Shown: piece by piece, positions 49,585 through 61,378 of the stretch | Position numbering within the stretch: the first letter of the stretch is position 1 | How the letters are laid out: every line of letters starts with the position of its first letter | From: the human T2T-CHM13v2.0 reference genome, Homo sapiens | Reading direction: 5' to 3' (one strand) | Assembly (NCBI RefSeq): GCF_009914755.1 | Contig: NC_060942.1 | DNA: 64,000 nt | Notes under the pieces: generated by a model | Databases searched by the model: none | What the model saw: only the letters and a program-made list of their open reading frames with translations | What the model was told of the DNA's origin: nothing | Program-made: the position numbers and the translations under genes

Positions 49585-50005
49585 TGATAAGGTTTGAATG
49601 TTTTGTCCTCACTAAATCTCACATTAAAATGTGACCTCCAATGTCCATAGTGGGGTCTAGTGGCAGGTGTTTGGGTCATGAGGGTGGATTTTTCATGAAT
49701 GGCTTGGTGCCATCCCCATGGTAATGAGTGAGTTCTTGCTCTGGGAGTTCATAGGAGAGCTAGTTGTTTAAAAAGAGCCTGGCACCTCTTCTCTCTCTCT
49801 CTTGCTCCCTCTCTCACCATGAGACAAACTGGCTCCCCTACATCTTCCACCATGATTATAAGCTTCCAGAAGCCCTCACCAGGAGTAGATGCTGGCACTA
49901 TGCTTCATGTACAGTCTGCAGGGCTGTAACCCAAATAATCCTTTTTTCTTTATAAATTACCCAGTCTCAGGTATTCCTTTATAGCAACGCAAATGGGCTA
50001 ACACA
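49585..50005 (+). mobile_element. MST (MaLR) solo LTR
   Basis: TG...CA ends; perfect 5-bp TSD gcaca/gcaca. Confidence 0.92.
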
Positions 50006-50889
50006 GCACATTTAGGCACAATAAGTGAAATAAAACAGGAAGAAGAAAACAGAATTGAGAGAACAGTTCAATCTCAAATGCAATCTCAAAGAAAAAAAAA
50101 CAAAGAGAATTAAATAACTACCAATTATTTTGCAAATTGTTTTTGTTTTTCCAGTGAGAATATCTAGATTTGGTAAAAATTCTCTGATAAAAAGCATCAT
50201 TTATCCTGCTGGTGGAATGTGCATCAGTATTAGCTGAATGACTGTTTAAGATGCATCTAAAGCATTAAAAGTCCTCATAAACTTTGTTCCAGTCATTACA
50301 CTTCTGGGAGTTTAATACCTAAGAAGTTTAATCATTGTGTGTATCTCTTTGTAGGTAAACATTTATACCAGTGTTGTTCATAATAGCAAAAAATTAGAAA
50401 TGACCTAAATTACCACAAATAGATTATTTAAATAAATGTTGAAATTGTTAGATTATTATGTAGTTATTCAATATTGCATTTTAAGATATGGGGATGTGAG
50501 TCATGAAGTACTAAACACAAAAATCTAGCTACAAAAGAGTGTGGTTGGTATGATCCCAATTTTGTTAAAAAAAAACACATAGACAAAGATTACATGAAAT
50601 AACATTCTATTTTTCTTAATTTTATCTTATATGATAAAAATTTGCTACTGATTTTTAAAAATTATGATGGAAAAGGTATTAAATTGTTTCATTTAGTTAA
50701 AAGCTAGTAGTGAAATCATATAAATATGGCTGAGCAAAAGAAATATTATTCAATACTTGTGATTTTTAATTTTCTGAATGTTATCAAGTATGTTTTTTTG
50801 AGGGATGTAATGAAATAGTTAATGTTTTCTAATCAATTACATTCATGGGAATTATATTCAAATTCTGAAAGAGTGATATAACTCACATG

Positions 50890-51620
50890 TTCCTTCATTT
50901 ATTCACTAACATTTGTTAAGTGCTTACTCTGACCAATATGGGGTTAAGTATTTGGCCTGTAAAGACTCTGTCTTCAACAAGGTCACAGATAATTAAGAGA
51001 GACAGAAAAACAAACATGCTATTAAAATGCAGAGCAAGAAGGCTGTGATCTAATACAAGGGATAAAGACATCATAGAAGGCTTCCTAAAGAAGGTGATAT
51101 GAGTTGAATTCTCAAAGGTGAGTGAGCCTTAACCAGGTGGAGAAGTTGGGGAAGAGCATTCTCTATAGAGGGATCAGCACGTGCAAAGTCACAGAGGTCA
51201 GCATATGCAGGGCAAGTGAGAAGTAAGAGTAGTCTGGAGTGCAAGAAAAGAGAATGGGAAAAGATAAACAGAAGAAAAAAAGAGAATACCAAGAAAAGCA
51301 TTTTGTTTATCAAAGAACTTGGATTTTATTCTGGGAGCAAATAACAGTTTTAATTTATTGTGGGAAGTGACATGGAAAAAGTTATATTTCAAATAGACTA
51401 TTCTGACTCTGATGAGGAGAATGGTATGAAGGGGCAAAATGGAAGTTGGGGAGACCAGTTAAGAGATTTAGAAGTCATCTAATTTGGCATATTTAAAAGC
51501 TCAAACTTCTGAAGCAGTGGCAATGCAGAAAAAGAGGAGACAATTAGAAAAATCGTGAGAATAGAACTGGTACGACTAGTAGTAATGGAATAGGCAAGAG
51601 TCTAAGATGAAGCCAGATCT
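50890..51620 (-). mobile_element. L2 3' region
   Basis: ttcatttattcactaacatttgttaagtgc, ggggagaccagttaagaga. Confidence 0.7.
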
Positions 51621-51641
51621 GTAGTAAAAAATTAAAAAACA

Positions 51642-51966
<325 letters not shown>

Positions 51967-53989
51967 TTAGGTTTAAGTTTAATTTGTAATGAAATAATAT
52001 TATTTCACGCCTGGCCTGAAATAATATTTTTAAACAGTTTTCTAAGACTACCCTGTGAAAAATGTTAAAATATGTTCAAATGGCAAAATTCTAGTAAATT
52101 ACTTTTTATGTACCCATCAAAGAAAGAATTGATGTGGAAAGAAAAAATACATAGGAAAATTTAGGAAACTGGCCATAAATAATATGACATTTTTTATTAC
52201 ATGGTACTTTCCATAGGTATTAATCCAGGGATTCAAAATATTATTTTAACATGAAATGTCTAGGGTTTCTGAAATGCAGAATTAAGGGGATGACTTATAT
52301 AAGTAATTTAGATAAATGTGTGCATGTTCTTTTTATGCCAATTCAAATTCTTACGCTAAATTATGAAGATGATTTTTATTACTTTATTATTTCCCACAAA
52401 AGTCCAAAGAAGAGCACAATGAAAATATTCAACTCCAATTTTTAATTCATGAAAAAAAGTGATTTAACATTTGTGTTCTAGAATCCTTTAAAAAATATAG
52501 TAACATTTAATGTATGAAAGCTTTGTCAATATGTTATTAGGTTAAATAACCCTAAGTATATATTATATTTTAAAATAAAATCTACGTTAGCATAAGACAA
52601 ATCCAATATCTATCTTGGTTAAAAACTAAACATCCTACATCTGTTTCTTCAATCTGAAATCATTATGTATATCTAATAAATGGTATATCATTCATTTATT
52701 TTTCAGGTAAGGTAAACATTATTATTTGTCAGGAAAGGCTTTAATAAGTGCCTTGTTTTTATATCAATAAAAAGTATAAACAATAAGGTAGAAAATATTT
52801 TTAGATGGAGTAGTTCACTCCAGATGTTACCAAGGTAACTAAATTCAACAGCGTTACATATTTCATGCCTGAGTAAATCAGTATGTTTTAAGAAAAACAA
52901 ATACATGATTTACTCATTTGTATCAAATATACATACTCACATATTTTGCAATTTAAATGGTAAAAAACAATAATGTCTCACAACACTGTCCTATAAATCC
53001 AAATTTAAAACAAAGTTTTTGATGTCTTTATTTTAAAAATACCATATAGAACAGTAAGCAGATATTAAACTGAGGACAAATTAAGAATTTTCTATTGCTG
53101 AGTTTCATGTAATCATGTTAACCATTTTTATTCTCTTTCCCTCTCTCCCTAAAAGATACTTTTTAAGAATTTAAAATCGCGGATCTCAGACTCCTGTAAC
53201 CAATTCATATCAGGTCATCACTTTAAAGGGGTAATCTGCTTCCTTACCCAACATAGTTTGGTCCATCCTGAGTAGCTGCTACACAGAAGGTGCAGTATTT
53301 AGGTCTGTGGGTATGGCCTTCAGGTTCACTGGGCCAAGGCGGTGGTTCTTCTCTCAAGGTTTCAGCCTGGGTACCATAGCATTTGAACCAAAGACTCTGT
53401 ATATGAGTCCCAAGGAAAACAGCACCTGGAGCTTTGGAAAATAAGAGTGCCCAGGGTACCTAGCAACAGAGGAGAATGTGGAATGTGATGACAAGGAAGT
53501 GTGGAATCTAGTGACATCAGGAGGGCAGTTGGACGTCGGGAGTTAACTTGTTCTGTGGCTACTTTTGATGGGATGGATTTAGTGTTGGAGAATTATTGTG
53601 CTATCTCTGCGAGCACAGATGAGACTCCTTCTTGTCTAGAAGGTCTAGTAACACAGTAAATGGCAGATTATTCATTTTATTGTTTCTCTTTTGCTACTCC
53701 CCATTCCCTCCATGAATTAGTAGAGACCCTAGAAATACTGTTAAGTTATCCCACCAGCATTTTGTAGAAAAGTGGTTTCATCAGCATCATATTCAACAAT
53801 TAGCTCTCTCTGTATGAAGAGAATTGGCCTAAAATATTATGTTAATGTATATGTGTACCTGTGTGTGTATTTAAGTGTGTGTGTGTATATGTAATCTCCC
53901 AAAGTACCTGACCTACTTTCTTATTCAGTTACTTTCAGTAGCTCAGCATCATGTCCTTTAGGCCAAGTGCCTTAGGCAAAATAAACAGG

Positions 53990-53994
53990 AAAAA

Positions 53995-54053
<59 letters not shown>
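53990..54053. repeat. A-run followed by a perfect (TA)n microsatellite
   Basis: Read directly. Confidence 0.97.
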
Positions 54054-54057
<4 letters not shown>

Positions 54058-55984
54058 CCTCATTTTAACATTAGTACTTGGAAATTTAGTCCCAAAATTC
54101 AGGTCAGATGCTCACAGGGTCCACAAAGATTTTATTGTTTTCCCCAAATTCACCACAATTTTCCTCCTCTAGTCCTTTGATGCCCCCCTTAGAAAACTTC
54201 TCTTTCATATCTTACCGTAAAACTAAGTATTAGGTCCAAAATATAGATGTAAATAGCCTTGCTGAAAAGATTAGTACCTTCATATCCAAAAAAGAAAAAA
54301 AATTAAAAATTCCTTTGAAATCTAATTGCAAAATAGTTTAAGTGCAACTCTCCTTTACCCCTTGTAGTCTCTGCTCTGTCTTTTCCCAGGCTCAAAACAA
54401 AACAAACAACAACAACAACAACAAAGGAAGCTTATCTATCACTAGGCCATACCTTAAATCTTACACCATAACTGCCTTTACTCTGCAACACAAAGCAGGT
54501 AATGTAGGCTGAATGAATCCTTGGTAGCACTTTCCAGCACAGTATACTGGAATACTATACTGGAATAATATACATAGTATATTTCGAATAATAGATGTGT
54601 ATTAGTAGTTCTCAAACTTTAATTGCTTTGGAATTTCCTGGGGGAGATGATTAAAAATATGTATCTGTAGGATCCATGTGGGCACTAAAACCTCTAACAC
54701 AATAAAGGCTAGAAATCTTGGTTTAATTTATTTTGGTTGAGGTCAGGGAATCTAGAAGCATTTCTCATATAAGTGCTTAGGAGCCATATGTGAGAAATTA
54801 ATGTAGATGATATCCAACAACTACCCAGTAGAATACGCAATTAAAGGAGGCAACTGTGGATAGCAACAGAACTAAAGATGACTAACAGCCCTCAATTCTG
54901 GGTTCAGTAAGGCTGAATCTGAGGATATTTTAATCTCATTTTATAAAAATCTGGAAAAATTTCAGAAAAAGAAGCCAAAAGCCAAATATTCTTTCCCTTT
55001 ATCAAAACTAATAAACAAAAATACTTACTGCCAGAATGGTCCCATTTTTTAAAAAGACTCATGAAAGGATATGATCTTGCCCAAAGAATTAAAGGTAAAT
55101 GTGTAACTAAGGAGCTATAAACCTTATCTGGGGGAAAAGGATAAACTTAATTACCTTGGTTAACAAACCCCTGGAAGAAAAGGCCTTTACCTGGGTCAAG
55201 TGTATGTTTGGAAAATCAAGAATCTTTACTCCCCTTCTAAAGTAGAGCTGCCTATCATATAAGCATTCACATGTGCTGAAGTCACTATCAGTTTTGCTCA
55301 CATAGCAGGTAAAGAGTATCACCCTGGGAAGAATTGTCAAAACCATCAAAGTGTGTCCTCTGGGTCCTGCATGTTCTCTTTCCCCTCTTGATCACTAATT
55401 CTCCAGCTATTTGTGTGCACACTGGCTCTATGTATGTCATTTTACTGAGTAATGGATTGACAGATTGATTGATTGATTATCCTTTATCTGAAATTCCCTC
55501 ACAGAAAAATGTTACTTCAACTAGGCAGTTGTAATTTAAACCTTTTATCTCTAATTGCAGAATGAAAGGCTTTTTCTCTTGGTATTTTCAGCCATTAGCA
55601 AGCAGGTGAAGTGTATTGTGTTTTGGGAGTTTGTGCGGAGAGAGAAACCCTGTGATCATACTAGACCTGTTAAGTACCCATGTTTTTAAAGTAACTTAGA
55701 GGTGAATGATTAGAATGTATACTCCTTTAGGTATTCTCCTAAACTCTCCTACCCCTGCCCTTCAACAGTTCTTCTCCCTATGGTAATGGGTGAGCCAGGA
55801 CTACTCATTGATGTAGCTGAATTTCTTATTGCCAATATTCTGAGACAGCAAGAAGCCTGAGCTATGAACCTCTTCCTGGATTTACAGAACAAATACATCC
55901 TAAAATAATTATTCTGTAAGGATCCACAATACCTGCTCCTTTATCTAACACAATGGTCATTGGCTGTTTTGTTCTCAAATCTGT

Positions 55985-56462
55985 TCTCCTTCTATTGCAA
56001 ATTTTATTTCCTAGGTTTTCTTGCCTAGTGCCTTATGACTGGGTTTAGACAATGAGAGACACTGGAAGAGATGGATAATTGGACAAAGAGAGAATGCCTG
56101 GTTATGCCCTCCTCCCTCCCCATGCACACACCCTCTCTGGTTCAGGCAGTCTCTCCATCTCCAGCATGGGGAGTATATCCTCTATGCCCTAGTTCCTGCT
56201 AAGAAGCCTCTTTTGTGAATCTGATTCCCATGTAGGAGCTCTGGGCTTGAGCTCTAGTAATATCAGCTATTCCCTGGCCCTTCCACTGCTAGCTATGGGA
56301 GCCGCCTCTTTCTGTTATCAATTCCAGAGTTGCTTCACTAACCCCTGCTTGGCTTTTTAGCTCTTCAAACACCACTGTAAATAGTGCCTAGTGTTAAATT
56401 TTCCTAATGGATGTCATGGAATGGGCTCCATTTTCCAGATGGATCCCAATCCCAACTGATAT
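55985..56462 (+). mobile_element. Old ERV-L LTR (LTR33/LTR16-like)
   Basis: gggtttagacaatgagagacactggaagagat...tgtaaatagtgcc...actgatata. Confidence 0.55.
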
Positions 56463-58484
56463 AATTTCTTTTCCTTTAGCCTCAAGACTTTTGTCTAAAA
56501 ACTTTGATATTATTATAAACGATATTTTGTAATTTTTTAAATAATATAAATTCATTATTTGATATACAAGATAATTTCACCCAGTTCCCTTTACTGTTTC
56601 TCTCTCTTGCATTGAAATTAATTACCGTCAGTAACAGTGGTATTAAGGGAGTTTATCGACATCTTAAAGAATGAAAAATCAATAAAAGTTTTGTAGACAA
56701 AGATAGTATTAGAAACTGGTTTCCTAATTCCAAAATAAACTTCCATCTAAATTCTACTAGTATATCTCAGCAGGAAACACATGTTTGGGTATTCTGAGGA
56801 GAGGAGCCTGAAAAAGACAGATGCTATGTTATGTAGGGGAAGAAAATGAATTAATTTTAGATTTATGAGGAATTAATGGCAACACTAGCACTTAATGACA
56901 TGTGTCGCATTCTACATTCTTTTCTCTATGTTATATTGTCTCTCAGTGAAGGCAGGCTTTAGAAAGAGTTGGATTATAGAAATAGTAGAATATAAAGAAA
57001 GTAAACTCAGCAGCAAAGAACAGAGAGGAGGATAGAGAGGAGAAAGATGATGAGAGAAAGGTGATGATGACGGTGGTTTGGAACAAGCTCAGTAGTAGGG
57101 AGCTCTCATGTGGGTTGGAGAATAGGTATTTGGTAAAGGGTGTTGGGGTCAGGAATCATGGGATTAGCAATAAATATCCTGGGAATTATCAAAAATTAAG
57201 TGATAATTGTTGGGGGTTAATGTCTGGAGGTACTGAAGTAGGAGAAACAACCCTCCAAGGAGAACACCTCTTCCTCTGAGGAGCAAATCAACTAAATTAC
57301 AAATAGGTGGAGGACAGGGGCTAGGCTTTTCTTCACTGCTGTATGCCTTGAAGCCAGCATTATGCTTTGTGTATAGTAGATATTCAGCAAATGCATAAAG
57401 CTATAAATTAATGACTCTAAACCACCTTTATTCTATTTTCTAAACTCATGATTTTCATAGCCCAAAACTTTTATATTGTATTATACACTAATTTTTTCAT
57501 GGATGTAAGTCATATTTTCCCAAATGGTCATAGGTAGTGAGGACCTTACTTTAACAGTTCTTTGTGTAAAGCAGTACATACAGCAAGTCGCCAAATGAAA
57601 ATATAATTTTAAAAAATCAACGGAAGAAGAGAAAACATTTTGTTTTTGTGGATATTTTATTTTTGTCATAGTAAGAGGATAGCCAAGAAGTAATGTCAGA
57701 CTGATTTGAGGAAAAAAACACAACTAAGAATAGAAAGGATTCCCAGATAATGAGTATCCTTTTTATAGTAGTGGTATATATATTCATTTTCATTTAAACT
57801 GTTTCTGTCAGAATAAAACATTGAGTTCTCATCAAATCAAAATTTAAAAATCTGTCTTGGATGACCATTAGGAAAAACTAATCTAAGTTACTGTACTAAC
57901 TGTATCAATTTAAACTCTTTGAATAATGCCAAATTAAGAGCTCTCACAATGTGATTACTACTAATTAATCAAGAGCTGGTCATAGTACCCCCCCAACCCC
58001 ATTCCATGTTTTATGCTGCTACACCAATGTCACATAAGCATGGCCATCTATAAAATCTTTCCTTGGATAAAGCGCAGTAGATTCTATTTTGAAAATCCTT
58101 GTTTCTTTACTTAAGCCAAACAGGGAACATTTACTGAGCTTTGCAGCACCTGATTCAGAGTGTTCACTGCTGATGGCACATTTCCAGGATCCTTATTTAG
58201 TGGTTATCCATGCAACTAAACTAAACAGAACAATGAATTACATTGAATATATCATTTGGTTGTACACATCTCATTTCTATGCTCCCTTCTAGTACAAATC
58301 AACATGCCAACAGCCTACTGCATTGATAGCCACACAACTAGCCCAGGCTGAAACTGCCAAGGCAGGCGCCTGACCAAAGGGCAATGAAACCACAAGTCAA
58401 ACCCACAGCCAATGCAGCCAGACCGGAAAAATGAATTAGGCCAAAGGATTTCATCTCTTGGAATTTGAACTAACACTTTCTTCT

Positions 58485-58635
58485 TAAGGGCCAATGACCA
58501 CATCAAAACCACCAGTGAATTTAGAAATACAGAATCAGAGACTTTATCCCAGACCTACTAAATCAGAATCTGCATTTTAACCAGACTCCCAGAAGATTCA
58601 TTTGCATGGTAAAATTTGAAAAGTTGAAACCACTA
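58485..58635. mobile_element. MER5A fragment
   Basis: ccagacctactaaatcagaatctgcattttaac. Confidence 0.7.
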
Positions 58636-58711
58636 ACTTCGTTAGTAGCTGCAGCAGAAGTAAAAGTGGTAGGGGAGCATTGAGCTGGAGAAGTTACAGG
58701 GGTCCATGATG

Positions 58712-58871
58712 AATACAAAACTATTTCAATATTCCAATTTTTGAAGAGTATTATATTCTGTCTTTGATTACCAAAGAGTATATGTCTATATCCCTTTTTC
58801 CTTTGTCCCTTCCTCCTTTCCTTCCTTTTTCCATCCTTCTATTGAGCAATTTACTTAGAATCTCTTGAGCC
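58712..58871 (+). repeat. Left arm of 160-bp inverted repeat
   Basis: Reverse complement of 60251-60410 with about 8 differences. Confidence 0.95.
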
Positions 58872-60250
58872 AAATTCATCAGAGAAAGCCAAGTAGGGAG
58901 ACACGTAGAAACAGAAAAGATAAGGGAACTGTGTAGGGTCTACCTCACACAGTCTTGGTGTACAGTTATTCTCTCAGTACAATTACTAATCATGCCCCCC
59001 TTTGGATCTCAAATATATCCTGGTTTAGACAATAAACTATATGATATCTCAGTATGAAACTCAGTGAGGTTTATTTATGGCCTAGCTGTTCTGCACATTC
59101 TAGTCTTGGGTCCCTTAAATCACTGTCTCCCTTATTGGGACACATCATTCTTAAAAAAATTGACACCCTTGTGCCCTGATTTTTTGAAGTAGCCCACACA
59201 CATAAAAATTTTACTATTTAATTAGTAGATACTAGGTGCCACTAAAGAGTAATTAAAAATGATACTGGGGTACTAATTTATCAATCCTCAAAGCAAGCCC
59301 AGGTTACCTAATGTCACAGGGGCATATCCTTGGCTCCTGATTGAATGGCTTTCTCCAGATGATCTATGTGCCAAAGCCCACTTAACACTCAGGAGCAGCT
59401 GACTCCATAATCTGTGGCCTTTTCTCTCCACCATGTACCTTTCCAGGCTATGAGCTTATGTCTCCCAATTCTCTGGTGATACTGCGAACACCTGCCATGT
59501 GAGGAAACCATGCCATACATGAACATCTCTGAGGGCACAGAAACTTTCTGTTTATTGGATACTATGCTCTGTATCTCTAGTTTTCTGATAAAATGTTTAG
59601 ACGCTTTGTAGTGTGGATTGAGCATTATTTTCTAGATAATACAAAGCCAAGAGGTGAGATTTTAAAAATTCTATTCAAATAATTTTTCTTTAAAGTACTA
59701 TTTTATACAACCAACACAACATAATAACCAATTTTCAATAATAAATCTAGTGACAAAAATCTAAAATAAAGTAGTAAATTAAACCAGGAAAAAGTTCCAC
59801 AAATTTTCACATACAAATCACTTCAGCTATTACTTACAAATGTTATTAAGTAGTGGGAAATGTACTATAATTCAGTGATTCTGTGCTTCAGAAAATAAAC
59901 TGTTTCTTCATTTATATAATGAGTCCTATCTCAAAGTCAAAGTAAAGTAATGATCTAAATAAAATTCCACTTTGATTATATTTTTGGGCTTCTAGAAAAA
60001 GGAGCAATGCCTATTATATTTGATATTCTTAATAATTTTCAAAAGCCATAAATGTTAATCTCTACTCATTTTTAAAGGATACATGCAAAGAAACTGCATC
60101 CTAAGACAGAGCATAACTAGGTTAAATATTCAAAGAATCCTGAATTCAAATTCTTATTTCTTTTGCTTATTTTTTCTTCTGGGGGTATGAAGAGGAAACA
60201 GGGTCATGCATATAGTGGGACAAAAGGCCTAATCTTCACCACATAGCAAG

Positions 60251-60410
60251 GGCTCAAGAGATTCTAAGTAAATTCCTCAATAGAAGGATGGAAGAAAGGA
60301 AGGAAAGGAGGAAGGGACAAAGGAAAAGGGATATAGGCATATACTCTTTGGTAATCAAAGTGAGAATATAATAATCTTCAAAAATTGGAATATTGAAATT
60401 GTTTTGTATT
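60251..60410 (-). repeat. Right arm of 160-bp inverted repeat
   Basis: Reverse complement of 58712-58871. Confidence 0.95.
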
Positions 60411-60412
60411 TG

Positions 60413-60707
60413 TTGATAGGAGAGACATGTGTTAATGGATACAAAATTACAGCTAGATAGGAGAAATAAGTTCCAGTTTTCTGTACCACTTTGGATTACT
60501 GTAGTTAATAATAATATATAGTTTCAAATAATAGCTAGAAGGAGCATATTGAATGTTCTCAACACCAAGAAATAATAAATGCTTTAGGTAATGGATATAC
60601 TAATTACTCTGATCTACTCTACATATACTATATATGTAAAAACATCACTGTGTACCCCGTAAATAAGTGCAATTATTATTTGTCAATTAAAAATAAAATT
60701 TAAAAAG
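60413..60707 (+). mobile_element. 5'-truncated L1MA 3'UTR with A-tail
   Basis: gttaatggatacaaaattacagctagataggagaaataagttc...tgtcaattaaaaataaaa. Confidence 0.88.
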
Positions 60708-61091
60708 ATGATTATTTACTCTATTGCTTAAATTGATAAAGTTTTTCAGATATAAAAATCAAAATATGTAAAAAAAATAGAAGATTAAGGTTGACAATAG
60801 GGAGAACAAGTCATGGTGGGGAGAGGGAGGGAGAGGAGAGATGAATGGGTAAAGAGGTGGCAGGATAGGGAATCACAAGGGGGCTGAATGGATGAGAAAA
60901 TAAAAGGGAAGGGATGGAGAGAGGAGAAGAGTAGTTCAGGAAGGGCACTTATCTCAGTTTGAATAACAAAATCACTGGAGAATTGTTATTTGATTAATAT
61001 CCGGGTGTCTCCCAGGACTCAAGCTCTGAGAGAACAGGCTATGTCCGTCTTTGTTCTCTGTTGTATCTAGCGCAGTGCTAGTCCCCTACTG

Positions 61092-61340
61092 CAGTGCTTC
61101 TCAAACTCTCAGCGATGAAGACTCCAGTCCTGTGTTTCTAATTTATCATGGACAACCAATTTGTAAAGCAAAACAAAACAAAAGCAACAACTTTAAACAT
61201 GAAATGTAAAGAAAAGACATGTAAAATCCAAGCCCATTTATTATTAGATTCAACAGATATATCATTGCTTGTTTCCAAGTCCTGTACATATCTTGTCACT
61301 GATATGTACCAGCAGTTGTCACCAGCAATAATCCACTAAC
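61092..61340. mobile_element. hAT-Charlie-type fragment
   Basis: cagtgcttctcaaact terminus. Confidence 0.45.
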
Positions 61341-61378
61341 TTCTTATTGATTTGATAGACCCTCATTAAAAATTTGTA

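Noticed and set aside
53170-53650. GC-richer unique-looking block as a possible extra exon
   Set aside because: No convincing ORF or splice pair and no NOL4 peptide match; may be an unrecognised old LTR
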